Assembly: GCA_934771475.1 (NCBI GenBank) | Contig: CAKVMD010000004.1 | Span: 1,190 to 65,189 of the forward strand | Reading direction: 5' to 3' | Length of the DNA: 64,000 nt | Origin: an uncultured Clostridia bacterium | Lineage (GTDB): Bacteria > Bacillota > Clostridia > Christensenellales > UBA1242 | Shown here: positions 54,001-62,515 of the stretch, piece by piece | Numbering within the stretch: position 1 is the stretch's first letter | How the letters are laid out: every line of letters starts with the position of its first letter | Notes under the pieces: generated by a model | What the model was told of the DNA's origin: nothing | What the model saw: the letters and a program-made list of their open reading frames with translations, nothing else | Databases searched by the model: none | Position numbers and translations under genes: made by a program

Positions 54001-57000
54001 TTGTTGACGACTGAACTTAATTTCTGCATCCTCAGCTGTTTTGCTGTTTTTATAAGTTAAAACATTGTCGCTGTCTGCTACATCAACCACTTTGATAAGA
54101 TAAGCGGTCATGTTTCCAGCCCAATCGCGTTCAACAACTTCATAGATTGAATTATTATTTACACTAAGGTTGCTTAATTCAGTATATTTGCTTTCATTAA
54201 ATGAATTTTTGTCAACAGGAGTGTAAGATTCAAGGCTTCCAACTTCTTTGAGCCCTATATATTTTACTCCATAATTATCTTCATCAACTGTAAGGTTATT
54301 TACAAATTGAGAATTTACAACATAGTAGTAATATTTGAGAGTGCCAGTAGATTTTACATAAGAATAACTTACGCCATTTCCAGAAGTAGATTGGTTAAAT
54401 GAAGTAGAGTTCCCGTTGTAATCAAAATATTCTCTTGTAAGGCTGTGAAGAGTGTTTGCGTCAAGTGATGAGAATGCGCCTTGCAAGCGTGCTGATTGTT
54501 CAACATTACTCATAAGCGAAAGGATATTTTCGTGTGGTGCAGTTATATCAAAGTAAATCGTTTTGCTTGTTGTAGAGTAAATGTTGCCGTTATGTCCTTC
54601 AAACTGCATGGTTATGGTGATACTTGGTTTGTAATCACTGTTGTTAAACATGGCTGAGAGAATGCTACTAACATCAATTTCAAAAGACCTTGTTCCGCCA
54701 GCGGTGTTATCACCAGTGATTTCTTCTAATGAAATCGTTTTGTTGATATCTCCACGTATAACAATTTTTGCTTCATCAATTTTCGCAATATAATCACTGC
54801 TTGGGATTTGCCATTTAATGCTAAGATTTGAAGAATTTGTGTAATAAGCGCCGTCATGTTCTTCCAGACTGTAACCCGAGTTGTCTACAATGTCAAATTC
54901 AGGGGCGGTTTTTTCAATTTTGAACGCAAACTTGTACAAAGAGTAGAGTTGGTCAAAAGTTGCGCCTAAATTGTTTGCTTGATATAAAGAAACTACATAA
55001 GTGCCGGGAGCTGTAAATTGTTTTGTAGGGTTTGTTTCAAGTGCTAATGATTGAGATTGAGATGAAGATGTTTGCTTGTAGAAATTCATGTATCCATTTG
55101 TATAAATGTCATTTCTGCTTATAAGTGCATTTAAATTTCCACCATGGTAAATGCTTTCTGCTATTGTCTGGTTTGGCTTATAATATTGTACTTTTGCATA
55201 AAGGTTATAAACATTTATACGCATACTGTTAAGTTCTGCTAGCGCGTCTTCCTCATTTGTAAACGATTTGTAAAGAATTCCTTCAAGGTAAAGGTTCCAT
55301 TTAGTTTGATTTTGTTCGTCCTTTTCCTCTTTAACTTCCGCGCCATAATATGATAAATCAAAATTTTTATCTACGCTGTAAGTATTATCGGTGCCTTTGA
55401 TTGATGAAATAGTATATTTGGTTTGAGGAATCAAAAGAGATAATGGAAGTTTGTTGCCCGAAATTGAGATTGCGTTCTCTGGGAATGTGTCCTCGTCATT
55501 GAAACTTGAACGAGTGTAGAATGAACCTTGGTTAAGTCCGTTGATATATCTTGGGAATGAAATTTCAATGTTTTGTTGACCTTCTCCCGAGTACATACTG
55601 ACAAGAATATCACCGCCGACTACGCTTTCAAGAGAAGTTTTTCCGTCTGCTTCTACTTCTACGCTTTCAATAGGGGAGATAACATTGTATGCGTCAACGA
55701 TAAATGATATATCGCGCGTGTCGTAATCAAATTTTCCTACCATATTGCCCGAGTCATATACACGCTCAAACACATATTTGCCGGCAACTGGGAGAGTGTT
55801 GTTTCCAAGTACAATCTCAAAAGTGCACTCTTCGCCTTTGGCTACTGCAACGCTTCCGTTAGTGTAAATATCAAATTCTCTTGTTGGTTTCTTCGAAAGG
55901 GTGTAATAGAAATAGTTGTTTGTAACATTTCCTTTATTATCGGCGGTCAAGTCGTTTCCACTCTTGTAACTTGTTTTTGAGGTAGAAGTTTTGATAAAAG
56001 GATAGTATTTTAATGTGATTTTTCCAACAACAGAACCATTATTTGGGAATGGAATGTAAGTCAATGAAAGTTTGTTCTTGCTGTTTGTTGGTAAAATATA
56101 AGAATATTTATACTTTTTGGACGAGTTTTCTGTGTTAGTTTCAGTTGGACTTAAACGCTTTCCCTTAGTGTCCTTGTCAAAATATCCACTAAATGAATAG
56201 TTGTCCCACTGCAAACTCTTCCAAAGTTGTTCACTTTCACTTGGTTTGTCTCCAACTTTAATGTCAAGTTTGGAAGCATCAGAGGAAACTCTAAAATTAA
56301 GTATACCGCTTGGAGCGTTTTTGTAGTTTGTTGCTTCATCCCCGTAAACCTTCGTGTTCGATTTGTCGCGAGTGAGCAAAGAGTGGGTTGCTTCAAGAGC
56401 TTCAAGTTCTCCGTTGGCATTTTCTTTGTAGAGAGGCACATTGTAACTATAACCATAATGAGCCCCATATGTATCGTTGTCAAGAGCATAATATGTTGGG
56501 AATGTTTCTATTTTAAGGTAAGTGCCATCCTTTGCATACGCAGAGCTACTTAAAGCGCCTATGTAATCTTGGTTTGCATTAAAGAACTCTTCAAGTTTGG
56601 CTTTTAACGCTTCTGTTGCTTGTGAGGCATCTTTGCTATACTCGTACGCCTTTATGTCATCAAATTTTGAAGTTAATAAAATGCCTTTGTATTTTGCCCA
56701 TATTATTGTCATGTCATAACGCACATCCTCAGGGATGTCAATGTTTTCGCCATTTGCTATAATAGACCTTAAAACAATTCCAGAAAGTTCTCCGTTTTCA
56801 TCAAGTTCTTCTTGTTGTTTAACAAAAATTGGACTTGTTTTATCAATTAAGAAGATTTCAAAACTAGAATTGCCCGCTCCGTCATAAACTTCAAGGAGGT
56901 AGAACCCACTGTTTTGTTTAACCGCACTTGCGCTAACGATAGAATCAAAATTAGAAGTGTTGCTGTATTCAACCCATGTGCTACTTTCAAACTTGCTTAA

Positions 57001-59496
57001 ATCAATTTTGTAATTTACTGGCAACATGCTGTTGTTTCCATCATCCAAACTTAAAAGCTCTTTAAGTTGTGCGTTTAGAATAGTTGTTTCATCCTTTTTT
57101 AGGGAATAATATGTTTCTGCTTCAAAAGGAATGTACTTCAAATATCCATAAGTTGGTGCACCGCTGGCTTTTTCGTTCCAAGAGAGAATGATAGGTTCAT
57201 TTGTAAAGTTTTGTGATAGTTTTTCGCCAATCGCAAAATTAGTGCTGTTTGTCTGGCGAACTTTTCTCGCTCCAATATTTTCAATCTCTTTCGTGTCTAT
57301 TGTAAATGTCGTAATGCTTGGAGTTGTCGCGTTGCTTGAATTCTTCGGTTGCTTTTTGATTTGTTTTTTTCTTGCTTTGATTTCTATTGTAAAATTAGAG
57401 TTTGCATAAACGCTATTATTTGAAATATAAAGTCCGCTTTTGCCTCTGATTGCGCTAGGAACAGTTGTACCATCTGTACCATCAAATGTTTTGTAAGCTA
57501 TTCCGTTTGTGCCATTGCCTGCGAATGAGTCAATTTCTTGTTTGTCAATGACTGTTCTCTTGCTTACATAATCATAAGCGGTGATTGAAATAGAAACCTT
57601 TGCATCATAAGGATTTTTTGTAGAGTTATCAATAATGTAAACGCTCTTGTTTGTAAAACCTCTGGTGTAGAGTTGTGTAACCGCGTTGTTTTGATTTTCT
57701 TCATAAAGAGAAACTGTTGGAGCAAGGTTTGTAACTTCAAAGAAGAAAACTTGATAATGATAAGCATTTGATTGAAGCAAACCTGTTGAGCTCATGTAGT
57801 AATCGTATTGGTATTGAATAACATAAAGGTAAACGCCCGGAGTGTTTTGGTTAAGAAGAGAGAAAGTGAGGTTGGTATCGGTATCGGGCGTCCACTCGTT
57901 TCCGTTTTTAGTCAATTTATATAATCCACTTCTTGCAGTATCTTCTTTAACATTCCCCACAAATCTTATAGGGGTTTGGTTTGTTGTAACAGGAGATTTG
58001 TTTTTCCCGTTAATGTAACTAAGAGCGGATTCTTTCAAATTCTCCGCTGACAAATCATTTGTTGTCGGATTGTTGTTTTTTTCATTTTTTGTTCTATTCA
58101 CGCCCATGGTAATGTCCGCGCCAAGTGTGCTGGTTGCCAACTTGGTGTCAAGCGTTTTTAATTCGCTAGAAGTAGGTTGGTTTGTTAAAGGGTCAATGTC
58201 GTCATAGTTTGAATAGAAAGTTTGATATCCATAAATAAACATTCTTTGAAGTTTGTTTTCAAAAGTTGCATTTGTCAATCTTTCAAGTGGAAGAGAATAG
58301 ATTTTGTTTTTGGCTGACTTGTAAAGATAAGATATTTCAAGGTCGTAAGTTCCAAGGTCGTTGAAAACAAGTTTGGCTTTTTTGTTGTCTGAGCCAATGC
58401 TAGTCCAAACGAAATAGTCGTCCTCGCTTATCTCATTTCCATTTTCGTCATACTCAGTAAACTTATCGGTATATTCAATTCTTGCAGTCTTAATTTTTTG
58501 GTCAGTATCCGTGTAGGTAATTTGGAATTGATAAATGTTTGGGTCGAATTCAAGGGTTGGAAGAGTATAAATGTCTGCATCTGTGTTTGAACTATTTGTG
58601 TTAGAACCATCTGTGCCTGAACCATTTGCGCTTGAACTAGTTGTGCTTGAACTATTTGTGCTATAAGAATAAAAATAGTAAAGAGAGTAGTCGCCAACTC
58701 CTTGTACAGTTGTTTTTTGAATGTTGCTTGATGGCGCTATATTTGGAAGGTAGTCTGTTTGATTAAAGTATGTAGAAGATTTAAGAGCCATAAAAGTGTA
58801 GTTTACGGTTTCTTCACTTGCTACAAAACTGCTTCCGTCATTGGTGGTTCTGTAAACTACAACAGGAACGGACAGTGTGTAGCAACCTTCCTTGTTAAGG
58901 GTGATTGTGTTTTCTTCAACTGTGCAATCATTCCCAGTTCCAAGCTTAAAGGTTACATTTAATTGCTCTGGTGTAAAAGTGAGATTGTTTGGCACTCCTC
59001 CCGTTGTTGTGCTCTCGGAGAAAAGGCTTATCGCTTTGCCTTCAATCAAGTTTTTTCCACTTTGCCCATTCTCGATTTGAGTGTTTGTAATGTCATAGTA
59101 AAGAGAGAGTGAGTTTGAAAACTTAAAGTAATAATAAGCGCTCGCGTTGCCGTCAGGGTAGTAACAATAGTTTGTTATATCTTTTTCTACCCCAGAAGAA
59201 TCTTTACCTTTTGCCTTTTTCGTTGAGTCTGCAATTTGAATATTAATTTCGTCAGAGCTTGTATTCGAGATTAAAAATATTTTATTGTCGACATTTCCAA
59301 AAGTGGCGGATGCGTTGGTGCTTACACCAAAATAATTTGGCAAAGAATTTGTTATCTCGTCATAAGCACTTGCTTCGGCTAAGGCCACTGCTGGCGCACG
59401 GTCAAATTGACTTTCCATCAAAAAGCCTCCTCCGCCCATACAAGCAAAAGTGAAGGATAATAAAAGTGAATTAATTATTTTTTTAGATTTTCTCAT
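50998..59496 (-). CDS. giant surface protein (2832 aa): signal peptide, many beta-sandwich-like modules, C-terminal TM anchor
   Basis: N-terminus MRKSKKIINSLLLSFTFAC.... Recurrent G-x-Y-x-h-x-h strand motifs, with D/W-x-AGN in some modules. C-terminus AFAIIAIILGVIALGTIIFITV-KLRKRQRVK. Rich in N/T/S/Y. Confidence 0.9.
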   Translation of the reverse strand: MRKSKKIINSLLLSFTFACMGGGGFLMESQFDRAPAVALAEASAYDEITNSLPNYFGVSTNASATFGNVDNKIFLISNTSSDEINIQIADSTKKAKGKDSSGVEKDITNYCYYPDGNASAYYYFKFSNSLSLYYDITNTQIENGQSGKNLIEGKAISLFSESTTTGGVPNNLTFTPEQLNVTFKLGTGNDCTVEENTITLNKEGCYTLSVPVVVYRTTNDGSSFVASEETVNYTFMALKSSTYFNQTDYLPNIAPSSNIQKTTVQGVGDYSLYYFYSYSTNSSSTTSSSANGSGTDGSNTNSSNTDADIYTLPTLEFDPNIYQFQITYTDTDQKIKTARIEYTDKFTEYDENGNEISEDDYFVWTSIGSDNKKAKLVFNDLGTYDLEISYLYKSAKNKIYSLPLERLTNATFENKLQRMFIYGYQTFYSNYDDIDPLTNQPTSSELKTLDTKLATSTLGADITMGVNRTKNEKNNNPTTNDLSAENLKESALSYINGKNKSPVTTNQTPIRFVGNVKEDTARSGLYKLTKNGNEWTPDTDTNLTFSLLNQNTPGVYLYVIQYQYDYYMSSTGLLQSNAYHYQVFFFEVTNLAPTVSLYEENQNNAVTQLYTRGFTNKSVYIIDNSTKNPYDAKVSISITAYDYVSKRTVIDKQEIDSFAGNGTNGIAYKTFDGTDGTTVPSAIRGKSGLYISNNSVYANSNFTIEIKARKKQIKKQPKNSSNATTPSITTFTIDTKEIENIGARKVRQTNSTNFAIGEKLSQNFTNEPIILSWNEKASGAPTYGYLKYIPFEAETYYSLKKDETTILNAQLKELLSLDDGNNSMLPVNYKIDLSKFESSTWVEYSNTSNFDSIVSASAVKQNSGFYLLEVYDGAGNSSFEIFLIDKTSPIFVKQQEELDENGELSGIVLRSIIANGENIDIPEDVRYDMTIIWAKYKGILLTSKFDDIKAYEYSKDASQATEALKAKLEEFFNANQDYIGALSSSAYAKDGTYLKIETFPTYYALDNDTYGAHYGYSYNVPLYKENANGELEALEATHSLLTRDKSNTKVYGDEATNYKNAPSGILNFRVSSDASKLDIKVGDKPSESEQLWKSLQWDNYSFSGYFDKDTKGKRLSPTETNTENSSKKYKYSYILPTNSKNKLSLTYIPFPNNGSVVGKITLKYYPFIKTSTSKTSYKSGNDLTADNKGNVTNNYFYYTLSKKPTREFDIYTNGSVAVAKGEECTFEIVLGNNTLPVAGKYVFERVYDSGNMVGKFDYDTRDISFIVDAYNVISPIESVEVEADGKTSLESVVGGDILVSMYSGEGQQNIEISFPRYINGLNQGSFYTRSSFNDEDTFPENAISISGNKLPLSLLIPQTKYTISSIKGTDNTYSVDKNFDLSYYGAEVKEEKDEQNQTKWNLYLEGILYKSFTNEEDALAELNSMRINVYNLYAKVQYYKPNQTIAESIYHGGNLNALISRNDIYTNGYMNFYKQTSSSQSQSLALETNPTKQFTAPGTYVVSLYQANNLGATFDQLYSLYKFAFKIEKTAPEFDIVDNSGYSLEEHDGAYYTNSSNLSIKWQIPSSDYIAKIDEAKIVIRGDINKTISLEEITGDNTAGGTRSFEIDVSSILSAMFNNSDYKPSITITMQFEGHNGNIYSTTSKTIYFDITAPHENILSLMSNVEQSARLQGAFSSLDANTLHSLTREYFDYNGNSTSFNQSTSGNGVSYSYVKSTGTLKYYYYVVNSQFVNNLTVDEDNYGVKYIGLKEVGSLESYTPVDKNSFNESKYTELSNLSVNNNSIYEVVERDWAGNMTAYLIKVVDVADSDNVLTYKNSKTAEDAEIKFSRQQMIENNYNLYSNTGFEITSIDYNSDEWEIFLVRKAGQVASIYMRSPWLDKDTVYVLGNSNFNTVSLSSLFSGLASSNRKHQLQFANRNGEENTTLFLTIYNANLITSTSYKDPQAQLNINIPSQESLNSNTYGYVFPTKIKVERLNGNTYEEVATAQTNSGLYGTWNIADPSNSVNITLANGKLTLSTIIASSGEKLRYTITDNFGNESIVVQLANIASYNEIVGNGSVYEVTESDNSKTYISEKDVTFNYHLKLYDVVVYNETDSRLATNGDYFTSNKDSIRSLTFNQTNKCFTLTIYDAADIGANRTPLRTIHIRIYNKLPAFTNSATLINGGVAFLDRNLNAFSDDKAQNKTLSQTVIVGGKSFTNAQATYLSTYSSVVTMKYLNSPSDNGTAEAYKKEYPYSAYISSDNGQSFTKLEMQDGNISSYVIRGAGDYLIFFIYDDETILTNSYKAYMVTIWDSTASYYTITIDGVRVERSNLTYTDNNGVTYEVNYLVGVDYSNRNRVIITRNEELGVVISDPEVKTTGTNVYVEVYTYSCTESSGSFAILYIKPNNDFASLFSYESPSGASESLLGKANETIVASQSDTGFERLKLTFTPFYGITSNRIHIKVEKMFEGNFVDVSPEIDYTDTLATAYITRAGYYRISLHDSCEPANYQTFKGSNYMYLFFLNSIPFTVTSTDSEGNTTTTEAIQNTIYNSRVTLSLTNLSSFYAPSNYPQITVYRNGKVYNKSSGGNGYIERNYTFTFSEPGYYQVDFSAKSAKGEVQIKSKTFNFMIISKNESRSAFNFPAYSNYYISKIEKSGLGDITEDFLNFGSFKDTIVVDGKTYLSALSLNYLDEKTGTGRYKITICPNEKAYENVGVKCFTFELWINHAVPPIEVSIGQGQATTNDITITFNVANFYEAVGDSYIKIGSTIRYYNAETLPTLNETEVITLSQSGTYYIQVYTASGQLIYSYKVIKNEPLNAFAIIAIILGVIALGTIIFITVKLRKRQRVK

Positions 59497-59703
59497 TTTT
59501 CACCTCTTTTTTATTACACTATGATTTTATCATAGTGCTAAAAAAAAACAAAATAATTTGACGAAATATATAGATAAATATATAAATATTTTTAAATACT
59601 TATATATTATTAATTTGCAACAAACCCTTATAAAATACACATTTAAATAAACAAAAAAATAATTAAAAAATATTTTTTGTTGTAATGAATTATTAAAATA
59701 AAG

Positions 59704-59771
59704 AAAAATTAAGAAAAAATGTAAAAATTTAATAAAAAATACTAAAAAATCATGAAAAAATCGTTAAAAAA
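59704..59771. promoter_or_regulatory. seven helically phased A5-6 tracts (intrinsically bent DNA)
   Basis: A-tracts start at 59704, 59714, 59723, 59734, 59744, 59755 and 59766. Spacings are 10, 9, 11, 10, 11 and 11 bp. Confidence 0.75.
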
Positions 59772-59919
59772 TAAATATTTTAATATTTTTTAAGCGCACA
59801 TAACACTAAATATATTAATGCAGATTTTTATTTTTTAAATTAAATTATATTTTTAAAAATTATTTTCTCAATTTATTCACTCAGCACTCATATATAAATT
59901 TAAGAATAAAAGGGGAAGA

Positions 59920-60999
59920 ATGAAAACTTTATCACTTTGCATGATTGTTAAAAATGAAGAAAAAACTCTTGCGAGGGTGCTTGAAAACGCACATGTTTAC
60001 GCCGATGAAATCATTGTGGTAGACACGGGCTCGACTGATTCTACAAAAGTTATTGCACAACAATTTACGCCAAAAGTGTATGACTACAAATGGAAGGATG
60101 ACTTTGCGGACGCAAGAAATTTCTCTTTTAATAAGGCTCAAAGCGACTATTTAATGTGGCTTGACGGGGATGATTTTTTGCCCGATAGCATTGCGCAAAA
60201 AATAAGAGATTGGAAGTTTGAGCGTGGAGAAGAAGATGTTTTAATGTGTACCTATGCGACCGCTTATGATGAATTTTTACGGCCAACATATCAATTTTTA
60301 AGAGAACGAATTGTTAGAAATCTTCCTTTTCTTCGTTGGCATGACAGAGTGCATGAAGTGATTATTCCTTATGGAAAGGTTGTCAATAGACCCGATATTG
60401 TGGTGTATCATGGCAAACAAAAACCACATACAAACCGTAACTTAAAAATTTATCAAGCCATGATAAAAGAAGGGGCTGAGTTTTCACCTAGGGCGCTATT
60501 TTATTATGCGCGTGAACTTTATTACAATGGCCATTTTAAAAAGGCTATCAAAACTTTAAATGACTTTTTGAAAACAAAAGGCGCTTTTATAGAAAACAAA
60601 ATTGAGGCTTGTCTTATTTTATGTTTTTGCCATGAGAATTTGAATAATAGTGGCAAGGCCCTCGATAGCCTTTTTGAATCATTTAAACTTTCATCTCCAC
60701 GAGGCGAGGTTTTGTATAACATTGGTCGAATCTTTATGAAAGAGAAAAAATTTAAACAAGCGTCATACTGGTTTGAAAGAGCGATAGAAAATGGAAATAA
60801 CCTTGAAAGTGGAGCGTTTGTTGACAAGTTGAAAACAACGCTTTATCCAGCGCTTGACCTTGTGGTTTGCTATTATAACCTTGGCGATTTGAGTAGGGCG
60901 CGCCACTTCCATGAAATATCAAAAGGATTTAACGCTAATGATGAGTCAGTATTGCACAACGAAAAGTTTTTCGCTTCTCTTCAAAAAAATAAAGATTAA
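59920..60999 (+). CDS. family-2 glycosyltransferase with C-terminal TPR-like domain
   Basis: CMIVKNEE, VVDTGSTDST, DGDD, and helical repeats after about aa 190. From memory, the layout resembles SunS-type and spore-associated GT2-TPR enzymes. Confidence 0.75.
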   Translation: MKTLSLCMIVKNEEKTLARVLENAHVYADEIIVVDTGSTDSTKVIAQQFTPKVYDYKWKDDFADARNFSFNKAQSDYLMWLDGDDFLPDSIAQKIRDWKFERGEEDVLMCTYATAYDEFLRPTYQFLRERIVRNLPFLRWHDRVHEVIIPYGKVVNRPDIVVYHGKQKPHTNRNLKIYQAMIKEGAEFSPRALFYYARELYYNGHFKKAIKTLNDFLKTKGAFIENKIEACLILCFCHENLNNSGKALDSLFESFKLSSPRGEVLYNIGRIFMKEKKFKQASYWFERAIENGNNLESGAFVDKLKTTLYPALDLVVCYYNLGDLSRARHFHEISKGFNANDESVLHNEKFFASLQKNKD

Positions 61000-61088
61000 A
61001 CAGCATAAATTTGAAAAATGAAATAAAAATTTTTAAATTTTTGTTAAATCTTTGCCTTTTTTTTGATATTGTGTTATATTGTAAGAAC

Positions 61089-61179
61089 GAAGACGTATCG
61101 AAGAGGTCGTAACGAGACGCACTCGAAATGCGTTTGTCAGGGAACTGGCACGTGGGTTCGAATCCCACCGTCTTCGCCA
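61089..61179 (+). tRNA. tRNA-Ser (anticodon CGA)
   Basis: 91 nt, class II. Acceptor GAAGACG/CGTCTTC, anticodon loop CTCGAAA, long variable arm, T-arm GTGGG-TTCGAAT-CCCAC, encoded CCA. Confidence 0.9.
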
Positions 61180-61203
61180 AACTTTTAATTAAAAGGATAA
61201 CTT

Positions 61204-62178
61204 GTGAAAAAATATAAAGTAATTATTGATACTGACCCCGGTGTAGATGATACAACTTGTTTGATTTATGCCTTAAATGATAAAAAACTTGATATTAAAC
61301 TTATAACAACAGTTGTAGGTAATCTTCCAGTTGAAAAATGCACTAGAAATATGCTTCATATTCTCGACAAGTTTAACCTTGATTATCCTGTTGCAGAAGG
61401 CGCAAGCACAGCAATGAAGAGAATAAGCCCAACTGCTGAATATGTGCATGGCAAGGAGGGAATGGGGGGATACAAGCCTCCAAAGAAGGTAAAACATCTG
61501 CTTCTTGAAGAGGACGCTGTCAGCGCAATGTACCGCGTTTTGAGCGAAGGAGATGGAGACATAATTCCTCTTGTTTTAGGGCCTCACACCAATATTGGAC
61601 TTTTGTTTGAGAAACACCCTGATATTATTAAGAAAATTCCTAAAATCATCTTCATGGGTGGAGCACCTTATGGAATGAAAGGGTATCCATTGCATATATC
61701 GTTTAACATCTCTTCTGACCCAGAAGCATTTAAAATTGTTTTAGACAGCAAAATTCCGCTTGTAATGGTGCCTAGTGATATGGGAAGAAATAAAGCTCAT
61801 CTTACTGAGGAAATGGTCTACAAAATCAAAGAAACAAACGATGTCGGCAAGATGATGTTTGATATGTTTGACAAATATTGGGAGCATGGCTATCCAGATA
61901 AACGAATTGCAACAAATGATACTTGTGCGTATATGTATCTTATTCATCCGAAATTCTTTAAAACATTGCGAGTAAACTTGACGGTTGATACAGACAAAAA
62001 CCCGGGTAAGATTATTGCAACGCCTGACAAGAAAGGGCAAGTTTTAATGACAACTGCGATTAATCGTAGAAAATTTTTAAAAGTCTTTTTCAAGAAACTG
62101 CACGAGTTTGACAAACTTTCTTTTGAAAAGAAAAAATCTCCAAATGAAAAGAAAAAATTGACTGGCGGGCGCAATTAA
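61204..62178 (+). CDS. nucleoside hydrolase (IU-NH family)
   Basis: N-terminal IIDTDPGVDD fingerprint. GTG start after AAAGGA. Confidence 0.85.
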   Translation: MKKYKVIIDTDPGVDDTTCLIYALNDKKLDIKLITTVVGNLPVEKCTRNMLHILDKFNLDYPVAEGASTAMKRISPTAEYVHGKEGMGGYKPPKKVKHLLLEEDAVSAMYRVLSEGDGDIIPLVLGPHTNIGLLFEKHPDIIKKIPKIIFMGGAPYGMKGYPLHISFNISSDPEAFKIVLDSKIPLVMVPSDMGRNKAHLTEEMVYKIKETNDVGKMMFDMFDKYWEHGYPDKRIATNDTCAYMYLIHPKFFKTLRVNLTVDTDKNPGKIIATPDKKGQVLMTTAINRRKFLKVFFKKLHEFDKLSFEKKKSPNEKKKLTGGRN

Positions 62179-62192
62179 GCGCGCACGCGCTT

Positions 62193-62219
62193 AAACTTGC
62201 CTTATGGCAAGTTTTTTTT
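62193..62219 (+). terminator. terminator of the nucleoside hydrolase gene
   Basis: Stem aaacttgcc/ggcaagttt followed by T8. Confidence 0.8.
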
Positions 62220-62252
62220 GCTTGCAAAAGCAAGCAAAATATTGCGCCCGGC

Positions 62253-62352
62253 GGAAGGGAAACGGAAGGGAAACGGAAGGGAAACGGAAGGGAAACGGAA
62301 GGGAAACGGAAGGGAAACGGAAGGGAAACGGAAGGAAAACGGGAAGGAAAAC
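62253..62352. repeat. 11-bp tandem array GGAAGGGAAAC x7 plus 2 variant copies
   Basis: Perfect copies every 11 bp from 62253 to 62329. Variants at 62330 and 62341. The top strand is 10/11 purine. Confidence 0.95.
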
Positions 62353-62452
62353 GGGAGAATTGGAAAAATTCGGAAGAAAGTAGAAGAGGAGCGGATGAAG
62401 CATTTTTTGATAAAACATCTTTCTGAGGAAAAATATTGCAAAAATAAAAATT

Positions 62453-62480
62453 AAAAAAGAGAGCATAGGCTCTCTTTTTT
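62453..62480 (-). terminator. terminator of the collagen-like gene
   Basis: Stem agagagc/gctctct with A/T-run flanks. Confidence 0.75.
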
Positions 62481-62515
62481 GTTAAAAAATTTAATGGTTT
62501 ATAAATAAGTCCTAA

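Noticed and set aside
59478-59484. A7 run in codons 5-7 of the 2832-aa gene as a phase-variation switch
   Set aside because: Seven bases is short for efficient slipped-strand switching. The run simply encodes the Lys-rich n-region of the signal peptide. There is no evidence of variability.
60935-61180. 81-aa minus-strand ORF
   Set aside because: It overlaps the plus-strand tRNA-Ser (61089-61179) in antisense. It has no RBS.
62191-62466. Three overlapping ORFs (62191-62466, 62197-62454, 62202-62441) with repetitive peptides such as GKRKGNGRETE
   Set aside because: They are translations of the 11-bp tandem array in different frames and strands, between two terminators. The same applies to 50590-50775 (MALLWLCYGFV repeats) over the other array.
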